Below are positions 17,608-26,068 of a stretch of 64,000 nt of DNA, piece by piece. Origin of the DNA: a virus; the IMG/VR virus record IMGVR_UViG_3300033153_009650, positions 25,130-89,129 of that record. One strand, 5' to 3'. A program made the translations under genes and the position numbers. Within the stretch, counting starts at the first letter, position 1, and the number at the start of each line of letters is the position of its first letter. The notes below the pieces were generated by a model. The model did no database searches. It saw only the letters and a list, made by a program, of their open reading frames with translations, and was not told the DNA's origin.

Positions 17608-19652
17608 ATTTTTGTCATTATCTTGTTAAGCAGTTCTGTTAATAATGAGCTTTCTTCAACTTTCTTTCCATCAAGAACCTGGGATAAAATTTTTCTTTTA
17701 TTATCGATCAATTCTATGATTTCTTCTTCAAGGGTATCATAGGCAATTAAATAATAAGAGCTGACAGAATCCGCTTCTTGTCCTATTCTGTGAATTCTGT
17801 CCTCTGCTTGATCGTGTTCTCCGGGAGTCCAGCCTAATTCTATGAAGCAGGTTGAACTGGCGGCAGTGAGTGTTATTGCAACTCCAGCAGCTTTTATATT
17901 GCCAATGAAGAGTCTAATTTTATCATTAGATTGAAATTCATTGACAGCTTTCTTTTTAGCTGCTTCAGAATCTCTGCCATCTAATCTGACCGCTTGAGGC
18001 CCATAAGCTTCTGTCAAGATATCAACCGTTTGTTGATGAGTACAGAAGATAACCAATTTTTGCTCCGAGTCCAGAAAATTATCAATCCAATCAATAATGG
18101 CCTTCATTTTGCCCTCAATTATTATTTGTTTTAATGTTTCAATTTTAGTGAGGGCTTGGGCTTTGTCTGCTTTAATCGCTTTTTCTTTTCCATAATGTAT
18201 TCTAATCCAATCAATGAAGTCTCTTTCTGCCTCTATGTATTTTTCCTTATTATTAATTTCTAAGGGAATAACAGTTCGAATTTTAGCTGGCAATTCTTTG
18301 AGGACGTCTTTTTTCAAACGTCTGATCATTATGGATTTGGTGACTTTTTCATGAAGTTCTTCTGTGTTGGAAGAGCCGGTAAAATCCCAACCAAAGCCGT
18401 TATTTTTTGCTCCACAGTATCGGTGGGCATATCGCCAATAGGAAGTAAATCGTTCTGGAGCAATCATGTTTAAGCAGTTAAAAAATTCAATTGGCCTGTT
18501 AATGATTGGAGTTCCTGATAATCCTATAATATATTTTGATCTTTTAGCCAATTTTCTAATTGCTTTAGTTCTTTGGGCTTTACTGTTTTTTGTATAATGG
18601 ACTTCATCTAAAATCAAAGTCTTTCCTTTATATCCCTCTTGTTTTAGAATAGATTCCCATCCTTGGGATCTTTCTATAACTTTGCCATCCTTATTTTTTC
18701 TCACTCTGTCTGCAATGATGTCATAATTAATGATTGAGATTCCTTTTTGCAAGGTAAGAGAATCAAAGACTTTTGACCTTCCAGAAAGAACTTGAACAGG
18801 AATATCAGGTATACATATTTTATGCTCTTTTTGCCAAACAAATTTGGCGGTTGCAGGAGTTATGATTAAGGCAGGTAAAGATGTTTCTTCATTAAGTTGA
18901 AGCCAAGCTAAGGCTTGAGAGGTTTTGCCTAATCCCATTTCGTCTCCAATTAAAGCCCTTCCGTTTCTGCTCTGTACAAATTCAACCCCTTCCATTTGGA
19001 AAGGATAAAGTTTTCTTTTTAATCCAGGAATATTAAGAATGGTTTTAGTTTTTTTGTATTGCATTTTGTTATGCCATTCTTTTAGTTTAGGGGCAATTTC
19101 AAAACCCCATTCTATCAATTTTTCAAGACTGTCAACAGTACAAGGGCAAGTCCAAGGTTTGTCATCTAAATCAGGATTCCATTTTCTTCCTTCTAAAGTT
19201 TTGACCTGATCTAATGTTTCTCTGAATTGAGGATCTCCTCTTGGAAATTGAAATTTGATTAGAATTTTCTTTCTTCCATCTAATTGACCCGCCCATTTAA
19301 GTGATTCAATATTTTCTTCTTTTTTCTTTTCTATTTTTTTGATAGGCATTGGTTTGACTTCTAAAAAGGAAAGTTGTCTGTGATATTTCATAATGGTTCT
19401 TCTGACAAATGAAATTTGTTTAGATGTCAGATATCCTCTGGTTTCATAAAATTCTGCAATATCACTGAGTACTCCGGCATCTAAGGCGTTGAATCCTACA
19501 CTGTTTTGCCAGTTAGTTCTTTTCATTAATTGTTCATCAGCTTCTTGTTTTCCATAAAGAGCCAGAAGCGCCCCTATTACATACTCATCTTTTTCTTGGA
19601 TGAGCATTATGATGTCCGGTCGCTCGTTTTGAGCTTTGTCGGATGTTGCCAT
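17598..19652 (-). CDS. SNF2-family (HARP/SMARCAL1-like) helicase
   Basis: GDEMGLGKT, LDEVH, SGTP..NRP, QAEDRIHRIGQ. Confidence 0.92.
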   Translation of the reverse strand: MATSDKAQNERPDIIMLIQEKDEYVIGALLALYGKQEADEQLMKRTNWQNSVGFNALDAGVLSDIAEFYETRGYLTSKQISFVRRTIMKYHRQLSFLEVKPMPIKKIEKKKEENIESLKWAGQLDGRKKILIKFQFPRGDPQFRETLDQVKTLEGRKWNPDLDDKPWTCPCTVDSLEKLIEWGFEIAPKLKEWHNKMQYKKTKTILNIPGLKRKLYPFQMEGVEFVQSRNGRALIGDEMGLGKTSQALAWLQLNEETSLPALIITPATAKFVWQKEHKICIPDIPVQVLSGRSKVFDSLTLQKGISIINYDIIADRVRKNKDGKVIERSQGWESILKQEGYKGKTLILDEVHYTKNSKAQRTKAIRKLAKRSKYIIGLSGTPIINRPIEFFNCLNMIAPERFTSYWRYAHRYCGAKNNGFGWDFTGSSNTEELHEKVTKSIMIRRLKKDVLKELPAKIRTVIPLEINNKEKYIEAERDFIDWIRIHYGKEKAIKADKAQALTKIETLKQIIIEGKMKAIIDWIDNFLDSEQKLVIFCTHQQTVDILTEAYGPQAVRLDGRDSEAAKKKAVNEFQSNDKIRLFIGNIKAAGVAITLTAASSTCFIELGWTPGEHDQAEDRIHRIGQEADSVSSYYLIAYDTLEEEIIELIDNKRKILSQVLDGKKVEESSLLTELLNKIMTKIKY

Positions 19653-19668
19653 TTTCTTTTGTCTCCTT

Positions 19669-19905
19669 TCAGTATATTGGTATATTGTTTAAATCAATTT
19701 TGATGATATATTCAGACCATAATCTTTGCCAGTCTCCCCAAGAATTTTTGATTTCTTTTCTTAGTTTAATGGAAGTAAACTTGAACCTTTTCGTTTTGTT
19801 GTCATTATAGAAGAGATTGGGATAGCTTTTTGATTGTTTAAATCCTTTTTCGGTTAGTAATTCTTTGATTATTGCAATTTTTACTATTCTTTGTTTTGGT
19901 GTCAT
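19669..19905 (-). CDS. hypothetical protein
   Basis: 78-aa ORF with AAGGAG RBS. Confidence 0.6.
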   Translation of the reverse strand: MTPKQRIVKIAIIKELLTEKGFKQSKSYPNLFYNDNKTKRFKFTSIKLRKEIKNSWGDWQRLWSEYIIKIDLNNIPIY

Positions 19906-20251
19906 TTTATTCTCCTTTTTATTAAATGGTTGTTATTAGAAGATTAAATCATTTATTACCTGCTCCAAATGAGTCGCCTATGAAGCTTCATCGTTTCTGA
20001 TCCATCAAGTGGTCTAACGGCTTTTCATAGGTCTTACTTTAAAAATCTTCTTCTTGGGGCAGGGATAAAAAAGTTAATCCTTTTTTACCAGTACAAAGGT
20101 TTTTGTTTATAGAAGCGGCAGTCTTTACCATTTCTTCTTACACTTACGGTTTCTCTTAATCCAAAAAGACGTAGTATATATATTTTCTTTGTCCTGGCAA
20201 CAATTTCCTTTACTTCAAATAAGGTATTTTTAATCGTTATATACATTTAGT

Positions 20252-20599
20252 TTATCTCCTTAGCATCTTTAAAATTCTCCGAAACTGCGGCACGGTATGA
20301 AATTCTGTTGGTCTAAATTCTTCCCGCATCCAGAACCTTATATACCCACGCCTTAAAGAAATCCATTGCTTTTCACCATTGATTAGGGTATATGCCTGGG
20401 CATGGTGTAATGATCTCCCTATACTTGGTCCAATAGCCACCATAGCCATATGCCCTGAATATAATTGGTATATCTCCGCGCAGATCAGAGCTTTTTCCCC
20501 ACAGATGAACTTGATTTTTGTTATGTCCGGCCCGTATTTATTTTGATGTGTGGCGCAACCGATCAAAAGCAAGGGTATAATCAACCATAGCTTTTTCAT
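20252..20599 (-). CDS. putative lipoprotein, possible Cys-His (transglutaminase-like) domain
   Basis: MKKLWLIIPLLLIGC lipobox; CGEKA...HHAQAY. Confidence 0.6.
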   Translation of the reverse strand: MKKLWLIIPLLLIGCATHQNKYGPDITKIKFICGEKALICAEIYQLYSGHMAMVAIGPSIGRSLHHAQAYTLINGEKQWISLRRGYIRFWMREEFRPTEFHTVPQFRRILKMLRR

Positions 20600-20617
20600 G
20601 CTAACTCCTTTCCCCGA

Positions 20618-20968
20618 TTAATTGTTATCAGGATTGCCAATGTCACGATCAACATATGTCAATAAATGCTGTAGCTCATGGCCCAGTAAACACTCAGACC
20701 ACGGCCGGATTTTACTATTTTTTCTAACTGCTAAAATCCAGATTGACTGGGTGTTCGGGTCATAAAATCCGTCAATATTCTGTTCGCCCGTAATCGCTTG
20801 TTGCCATTTATATGTGTGGTTTTTTAGGAACATACTCCGGTCCGAGCAGAAATGTATTGTATGTGCTGGTACAGTCACCACCCGGTAAAATGATTCGGGT
20901 TTTGATGTTACGCATGATATTGCTAATAAAATCATTGCTAAGATTAGCCCGGATAATTTTCTATTCAT
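20618..20968 (-). CDS. putative lipoprotein with HExxH metallopeptidase motif
   Basis: LLAISC lipobox; GFYDP...LGHELQH. Confidence 0.65.
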   Translation of the reverse strand: MNRKLSGLILAMILLAISCVTSKPESFYRVVTVPAHTIHFCSDRSMFLKNHTYKWQQAITGEQNIDGFYDPNTQSIWILAVRKNSKIRPWSECLLGHELQHLLTYVDRDIGNPDNN

Positions 20969-21065
20969 AGCCGCCTCCTAATGAATTGCCATCCAGCACC
21001 AGTAGTAACCAAATGCCACTCCAAAAAGCCAGATAAAAAAGTATTTTAGATATTTATTCATTTAA

Positions 21066-21263
21066 TCACACCTCCTCGATTTTAAAATTATCTACTTGTC
21101 CATTAAATCTATCCGTTACTGCTCGTAGGATTTGGCCGGAATCCTTTACTATTCTCATCATGAATAATCTTTTTGCTTGAGCAGATGAAAATGCACGACA
21201 GTAATAGATCAAGGGTTGTCCACTAAAATTAAAGGTTCCCCGATAATGTTTTTTTTGTTTCAT
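21066..21263 (-). CDS. hypothetical protein
   Basis: 65 aa; preceded by TTGAAA-16-TATAAT and AAAGGAGG. Confidence 0.65.
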   Translation of the reverse strand: MKQKKHYRGTFNFSGQPLIYYCRAFSSAQAKRLFMMRIVKDSGQILRAVTDRFNGQVDNFKIEEV

Positions 21264-21313
21264 TATTTCCTCCTTTCTTTGTATTATATAATATTTTTTA
21301 ACATTTTCAAAAT

Positions 21314-21342
21314 AAAAGGCAATATCCTCAAGATTGCCTTTT
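21314..21342 (-). terminator. intrinsic terminator (possibly bidirectional)
   Basis: AAAAGGCAAT..ATTGCCTTTT inverted repeat. Confidence 0.7.
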
Positions 21343-21491
21343 CGATCAAAATGTTAAGTGCTACATTTCATCCTCATCAAATAATGGCATTTCTAACATC
21401 TTATAGCAGACTCTTTTGTGGCCAGGAACTTGCGGTTCATTTGTCATATAGTGGCAAAACCATTGACCGTCTGGAAGGTTAATGAGAGAAA

Positions 21492-21749
21492 TTATCTCAG
21501 TATTAGACGGTTGTATTTCCTTGCCCTTTTCAAAGCTCTTTCGATATTTATGTTAAGAGGCATAACTTTTTCTCCTTTCGTAAAAATGTTAAAAACTGTA
21601 TTGACCAGATCGTCGTCAATATCTACATCAATCATTAACTCAACGTTTAATTCCATCATGTATGCTCGAATTTCATCTTTTCCTGGTTTTTGTCCTTCAA
21701 AATGGATTACAATCATTTCCCATGCATCACCTGTTTTTTCATTCATCAT
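21492..21749 (-). CDS. hypothetical protein
   Basis: 85-aa ORF with GGAGGAG RBS. Confidence 0.6.
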   Translation of the reverse strand: MMNEKTGDAWEMIVIHFEGQKPGKDEIRAYMMELNVELMIDVDIDDDLVNTVFNIFTKGEKVMPLNINIERALKRARKYNRLILR

Positions 21750-21751
21750 TT

Positions 21752-22243
21752 TTATCTCCTCCTTTTGTATTGAATTCCTTGCGCCATCTGAATTTGTTCT
21801 TTTAGGTTTGCTCTGGCTTCTTCAATTTCTTTTGCCTGTTCTGAGGTTGAAATTATTTTATTCTCTTTTCCTCCATCTAATTCCCTCAAGCCTAATCGGA
21901 TTTCGTTGAATGCATTTTTTATGGCAGGAACAACCCACCCCTGATGTCGTAAATATTTGAATATAGCGTGGCGAGTTATGCCTCTTCCTGTTTCTAATGC
22001 AATTTCTATTAATTCAGTTGGAGTATTGAAAATTAGTTCAGTTACTTCTTTTGCCTCTTCAGATAGAATACTGAGAAGTTCTCTGAAGAGAAATTCTCTT
22101 TCTGGAGTTTCTGAGATTTCAATATTTTCTGATGCAATTAATTCATTTTCCCATTGTTCGTAATTCAACCAGGGAAGTTGTTCGAAAAGTAGAGCCTTTC
22201 TGGCAGGATTGAGTTTTCTTTCATCTGGATTCCAATGTTGCAT
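21752..22243 (-). CDS. hypothetical protein, possibly degenerate sigma/HTH-like regulator
   Basis: LSEEAKEV..LIF segment reminiscent of sigma region 4. Confidence 0.45.
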   Translation of the reverse strand: MQHWNPDERKLNPARKALLFEQLPWLNYEQWENELIASENIEISETPEREFLFRELLSILSEEAKEVTELIFNTPTELIEIALETGRGITRHAIFKYLRHQGWVVPAIKNAFNEIRLGLRELDGGKENKIISTSEQAKEIEEARANLKEQIQMAQGIQYKRRR

Positions 22244-22245
22244 TT

Positions 22246-22458
22246 TTATTCCTCCTCCTCAAGTTTTAAACAGTCCAGTGGCTTGGGCACTCTTCCTTTC
22301 TTATCATAGTATAAAGGACCAAAACCAAAGTTGCATACGGGAAGAGCCTCTTTATTGCTGAAATGTGTGCATATACTGTCACCATTCCAGCAGTATTCGC
22401 CTTCAGGAACATTAATTGGCATAAGTACCGTCTTATATCTTTTTTCATATTGTATCAT
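22246..22458 (-). CDS. Cys-containing hypothetical protein
   Basis: 70-aa ORF, RBS. Confidence 0.55.
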   Translation of the reverse strand: MIQYEKRYKTVLMPINVPEGEYCWNGDSICTHFSNKEALPVCNFGFGPLYYDKKGRVPKPLDCLKLEEEE

Positions 22459-22485
22459 TTTTTTTCTCCTATTTATATGTTGTCT

Positions 22486-23001
22486 TCATATTTTTTCAAT
22501 ATCATTTCTATATCTGCAAAATTCGTTGTAGTATGGCCGTAATACTCTCAGCGCTTTCTGCGCTTTTTTAGATACATTTTTTGTGTCTAATCGGCCTATA
22601 TGAGCTATTAATTGCCAAACAAATCGAGTATTGACTTTCATTCCAAAACTACCACACCACAAGGGCAAACAGCTAAAATCAAGGTCGGCTCCCCGAAGGT
22701 CAGCTCCCTGAAGGTGAGCTCCCTGAAGTTGGGCTCCCCGAAGGTCAGCTCCCTGAAGGTGAGCTCTCCAAAGGTCGGATCCCCGAAGGTCAGCTCTCCG
22801 AAGGTCGGCTTCCTGAAGGTCGGTTCCCTGAAGTTGGGTTCTCCAAAGGTCGGATCCCCGAAGGTCAGCTCTCCGAAGGTCGGCTTCCTGAAGGTCGGCT
22901 CTCCGAAGGTCGGCGTCCTGAAGTTGGGCTCCCTGAAGGTCGGCTTCAAAAGTTGTTTCAATTTCCAACATAACCTGTCCAAAACGATTTTTAATTTTCA
23001 T
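22486..23001 (-). CDS. pentapeptide repeat protein
   Basis: A(D/Q/H)Lxx repeats; 15-bp DNA periodicity ~22690-22945. Confidence 0.92.
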   Translation of the reverse strand: MKIKNRFGQVMLEIETTFEADLQGAQLQDADLRRADLQEADLRRADLRGSDLWRTQLQGTDLQEADLRRADLRGSDLWRAHLQGADLRGAQLQGAHLQGADLRGADLDFSCLPLWCGSFGMKVNTRFVWQLIAHIGRLDTKNVSKKAQKALRVLRPYYNEFCRYRNDIEKI

Positions 23002-23027
23002 CTCTCTCTTCCTCCCGTTTATAGTAT

Positions 23028-23312
23028 TTAACCTCTGTTAATCCGCCGTCTCAGTGTATCCACAGCTTCCTCGGCAACAGCATGTTTTCCTTTCGCAGAG
23101 AGCGTGTAAAACTCGCCCAGCGAGTCAGCATAGGCTGCCAAATTGTGCCGATTGTCGATGATAATTGTCACGTCCATAATGCCCTGTGCATGCATTGTTG
23201 GCCCTGAGTAACGCAGTAAATTGTCAATTTGTTTACCGGTCAGATTCGCTGTTTTGACTATATTAGTGACCCATTTGTTTTGTTTTTCCGAACCATTAAA
23301 TTTAATTTCCAT
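23028..23312 (-). CDS. hypothetical protein (GSEKQ..W motif)
   Basis: 94-aa ORF, RBS. Confidence 0.6.
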   Translation of the reverse strand: MEIKFNGSEKQNKWVTNIVKTANLTGKQIDNLLRYSGPTMHAQGIMDVTIIIDNRHNLAAYADSLGEFYTLSAKGKHAVAEEAVDTLRRRINRG

Positions 23313-23341
23313 TTTCCTATCTCCTGTGTTTGGGGTTAGTG

Positions 23342-23848
23342 TTAGTCATCCCAAAAATGACCAAAAAAGCCATTTCCGTTGATTTCCCAGTGGGGGTTCC
23401 CCCATGCATCCTGCATAAGAGTCACGTCCCCGTTGACCAGATCGGCAACCTGATCGGCGGCGCGGTCGAGAGCGCCGTAAATGGAGCTACTATTTTTCGT
23501 CCAAGTGCGCTCCATTGGTTTTGGTTCGGCATCCAAGCGGACACAAAGCCATCTGATCTCAAAATCATCTGGGAGTGTAGTTGCTCCCTCTGGGAGTCGT
23601 CCACCAACTAATTGACCGACATACAATATGTCAGTGTCAGTCAACGTGATGGACTGCCTGTTTTGGGCAATCTCAATGCCTAATAGATCGGAAAACACCC
23701 GTGCAGTATCGGCATGACCGACAATCGACACAGGTTTCGACAGTCTTTTGGCGATGGATGGCAGGTTGACAGGTTTCACCCTGATTGTCCCGCCGTCCGG
23801 TGTCATTGACAGTGCAAAAGCGTTTGAAATATAGATTGTCATTTTCAT
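23342..23848 (-). CDS. DUF1874 / AcrIII-1-like cyclic oligoadenylate ring nuclease with C-terminal extension
   Basis: YISNAFALSM, SIVGHADTA, NR.SITL, GQ..GGRLPEG signature. Confidence 0.82.
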   Translation of the reverse strand: MKMTIYISNAFALSMTPDGGTIRVKPVNLPSIAKRLSKPVSIVGHADTARVFSDLLGIEIAQNRQSITLTDTDILYVGQLVGGRLPEGATTLPDDFEIRWLCVRLDAEPKPMERTWTKNSSSIYGALDRAADQVADLVNGDVTLMQDAWGNPHWEINGNGFFGHFWDD

Positions 23849-23881
23849 TCTCCTTTCGCGCCCTATCTCTCAGGCGCATGG

Positions 23882-24055
23882 TTAATAATCGTCCTCTCGT
23901 CCGTAGCAGGTTTTGCAGATCGAATCAAACACATTCCCTACTGCACCACAATTAGGGCAGACCCACCTATTACCAGGGCAGTCTGTCCACCTACATTCTC
24001 CGATGTTCGGGTCAATTTTTCGGCCGCAGTCGGAACAAATCAATTCCTCTGTCAT
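23882..24055 (-). CDS. 57-aa Zn-finger protein
   Basis: MTEELICSDCG...CPNCG...CKTC; RBS AAGGAGGAG. Confidence 0.6.
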   Translation of the reverse strand: MTEELICSDCGRKIDPNIGECRWTDCPGNRWVCPNCGAVGNVFDSICKTCYGREDDY

Positions 24056-24374
24056 TTTTTTCTCCTCCTTCTCTTAGGTCAAGAGTCATGGTACCATGGC
24101 CCTGGTCAATAAATCCCACACGACTATACACTCGTCTGCGTGTAGGCCCCCTGCCGTCCTCGCATGTGGGCTCGCACCAGAGGAAAGTCACCTTCCGCGA
24201 GGCGCACCACGTGAGGATACACTCCCACACGTGGCGGAGCTCGTTGAGATTACCGCGCCCGCGCCCTGACACAGCAGCAGAGCCACTGGTCATAGGTTTA
24301 GACAGCTCCACCTCACCCGTGGCATCAACATATGCCTCGATGTGGGTGGTCCGCAATCTTAACACTTTTTTCAC
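24012..24374 (-). CDS. hypothetical protein, possible GNAT-like fold
   Basis: RRRVYSRVGF resembles GNAT C-terminal motif; GC-rich. Confidence 0.45.
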   Translation of the reverse strand: MKKVLRLRTTHIEAYVDATGEVELSKPMTSGSAAVSGRGRGNLNELRHVWECILTWCASRKVTFLWCEPTCEDGRGPTRRRVYSRVGFIDQGHGTMTLDLREGGEKNDRGIDLFRLRPKN

Positions 24375-24458
24375 TTTCTCTTCTCCTTTTGTTTGGGGTT
24401 ATCGTTTAACCTCTCAGTATACCCGCTAGTCTCGATTGATTCCCTTATTATCAATGGA

Positions 24459-24683
24459 TTAAAACCTTTTTACTATTCTTTGAAAAGATCTCTCTTTGCC
24501 ATCCTCGCATAAAAGAATATAAGCAGGATTTCTATACGGCCCATTTACTGTTACATAACAACGAACAAGAATTCCTGTTAATCCATTTGAACTACTGCCT
24601 TCTCGACAGCCAATGTATTCTTCTCCAATGATATGTTTTCTTGGAGTCATTGAAGCGTGATTGCTTTTCATTGTGAATCTCAT
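24459..24683 (-). CDS. hypothetical protein
   Basis: 74-aa ORF, RBS. Confidence 0.55.
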   Translation of the reverse strand: MRFTMKSNHASMTPRKHIIGEEYIGCREGSSSNGLTGILVRCYVTVNGPYRNPAYILLCEDGKERSFQRIVKRF

Positions 24684-24774
24684 TTTCTCTCTCCTTGTAT
24701 TAAAGGGTTAATTAAAGAGGCCAATTGCCAAAAGGAAAATGTTCTAATCTTTGTAGTTAATAAATTAAAATTTC

Positions 24775-25062
24775 TTATAACTTTTCCGCTGGAACCTCTG
24801 CCAATTTAGCAATTCGAGTGATCAAATTAAGGTTCTGTTCTTCAGGATTTTCTCCGTCTTTTCTTATCCAATGGAGAATTTGTATCATGCCATATAAAAT
24901 TTCTTTTCTCTGTCTTTGTTCTTTATTTCTTCTTTCTATCTCTCCATTGGCATTTATTACTCGACCTAACATCCTTTCAATTTCTTTTTCTGTTCTCATT
25001 TTCTCCTCCTTTTGTTCTGATTTTGTTTCTACTTCTTTTTCCCATTCCTTTATTGTTGTCAT
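24775..25062 (-). CDS. hypothetical protein (may start at internal MRTEKEI, which has a better RBS)
   Basis: 95-aa ORF; first ORF of left arm. Confidence 0.55.
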   Translation of the reverse strand: MTTIKEWEKEVETKSEQKEEKMRTEKEIERMLGRVINANGEIERRNKEQRQRKEILYGMIQILHWIRKDGENPEEQNLNLITRIAKLAEVPAEKL

Positions 25063-25104
25063 TTCTCATTCTTCTTGTATTAAAGGGTTAATAATTTTGG
25101 TTCC

Positions 25105-25800
25105 TATTAAAAACCACAACCAATCAGGTATCCAAATAAATTAGTTGTGGTTTCTATAAAAATCAAAATCATCAATTCTCGATGAAAAATTAGTTGGCTA
25201 TCTAATTTTTTTTTAGCTGTCTTGAACTATTCCCTGAGGGAATTTTCTAAAGGCTCGGCTGTTCTGGTCTCTTCTATCATGACAGAGACAATGGCATTTA
25301 ACATGACCATTTCAGCTATGAGTTATACATGACCAAGTTCCTCTTGATCGGAGTCCAATTCGTTTATGGTCAATTGGGAACCCGTGGCGATGAGGTAGAA
25401 AAATAGATGATTAAATTTTTAGAGTGGTATGTTGGAAGGTTTGTGGAAGGTTTGTTATTTTGCAATTTTGTTTTTCATTGAGTAAAGGGAGTCTGCAAAT
25501 CTTCCTCAGTTTCAAATTTATTTTCCTTTATGGAAATTTCCGTCTAAACTGTAAAACGGGCAATTTTTTATCTGGGGTTGCAACCCATTTTTGAAAAAAT
25601 CCAGCCATCAAAATTTAGGAAAAAATATTGAGAGATTTTTTTTCTTAATTTCCGAGTTTCGAATTTTTTATCTTGAATTCCGGCAGCCGGTTCATCCTTT
25701 CGGTCAAGATCCCTTTCGGGCTTTTTTCATTTCCTTGGTTAAGACGGAAATCCTGGATTTGTTTTGATCACCTCCTTTTGTATAATTTATAATGCTCATG
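25105..25800 (-). ncRNA. candidate long structured non-coding RNA / 5' leader
   Basis: No ORF; many hairpins including GAAA tetraloops, long-range 10-bp pairing, terminal 15-bp stem with G-U pairs specific to - strand. Confidence 0.45.
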
Positions 25801-25806
25801 CTGAAC

Positions 25807-25835
25807 ATTATAATCCATCAAAACAAAGAAATCAA
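25807..25835 (-). promoter_or_regulatory. strong leftward sigma70-type promoter
   Basis: TTGATT-17-TATAAT. Confidence 0.8.
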
Positions 25836-25856
25836 GTTTTTCAAGAAAAAAAAGAC

Positions 25857-25969
25857 TAATGATATCAATAGGTTATATAGGGTCAAATCCTGATTATTTA
25901 ATGATATCAATGGGTTAGTCATGATTTGCATTTTTCTTAAAAAAAATATGCCCTGATATCAATGGGTTA
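25857..25969. repeat. three direct repeats TGATATCAAT(A/G)GGTTA matching the IHF consensus
   Basis: Copies at 25860, 25902, 25954; each contains WATCAANNNNTTR. Confidence 0.7.
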
Positions 25970-26068
25970 ACATTTTTCTTGGAATTTTTTACACTGAAAT
26001 CCATTTTTTTCTTTATTTTTCCCTATTTTTCCTTTACTATTATATAAATAAAAATTGAGGATTTATAA

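Noticed and set aside
22612-23031. Repetitive ORFs on other frames and strand, and a CRISPR-like look of the 15-bp repeats
   Set aside because: Shadows of the pentapeptide-repeat gene; no unique spacers.
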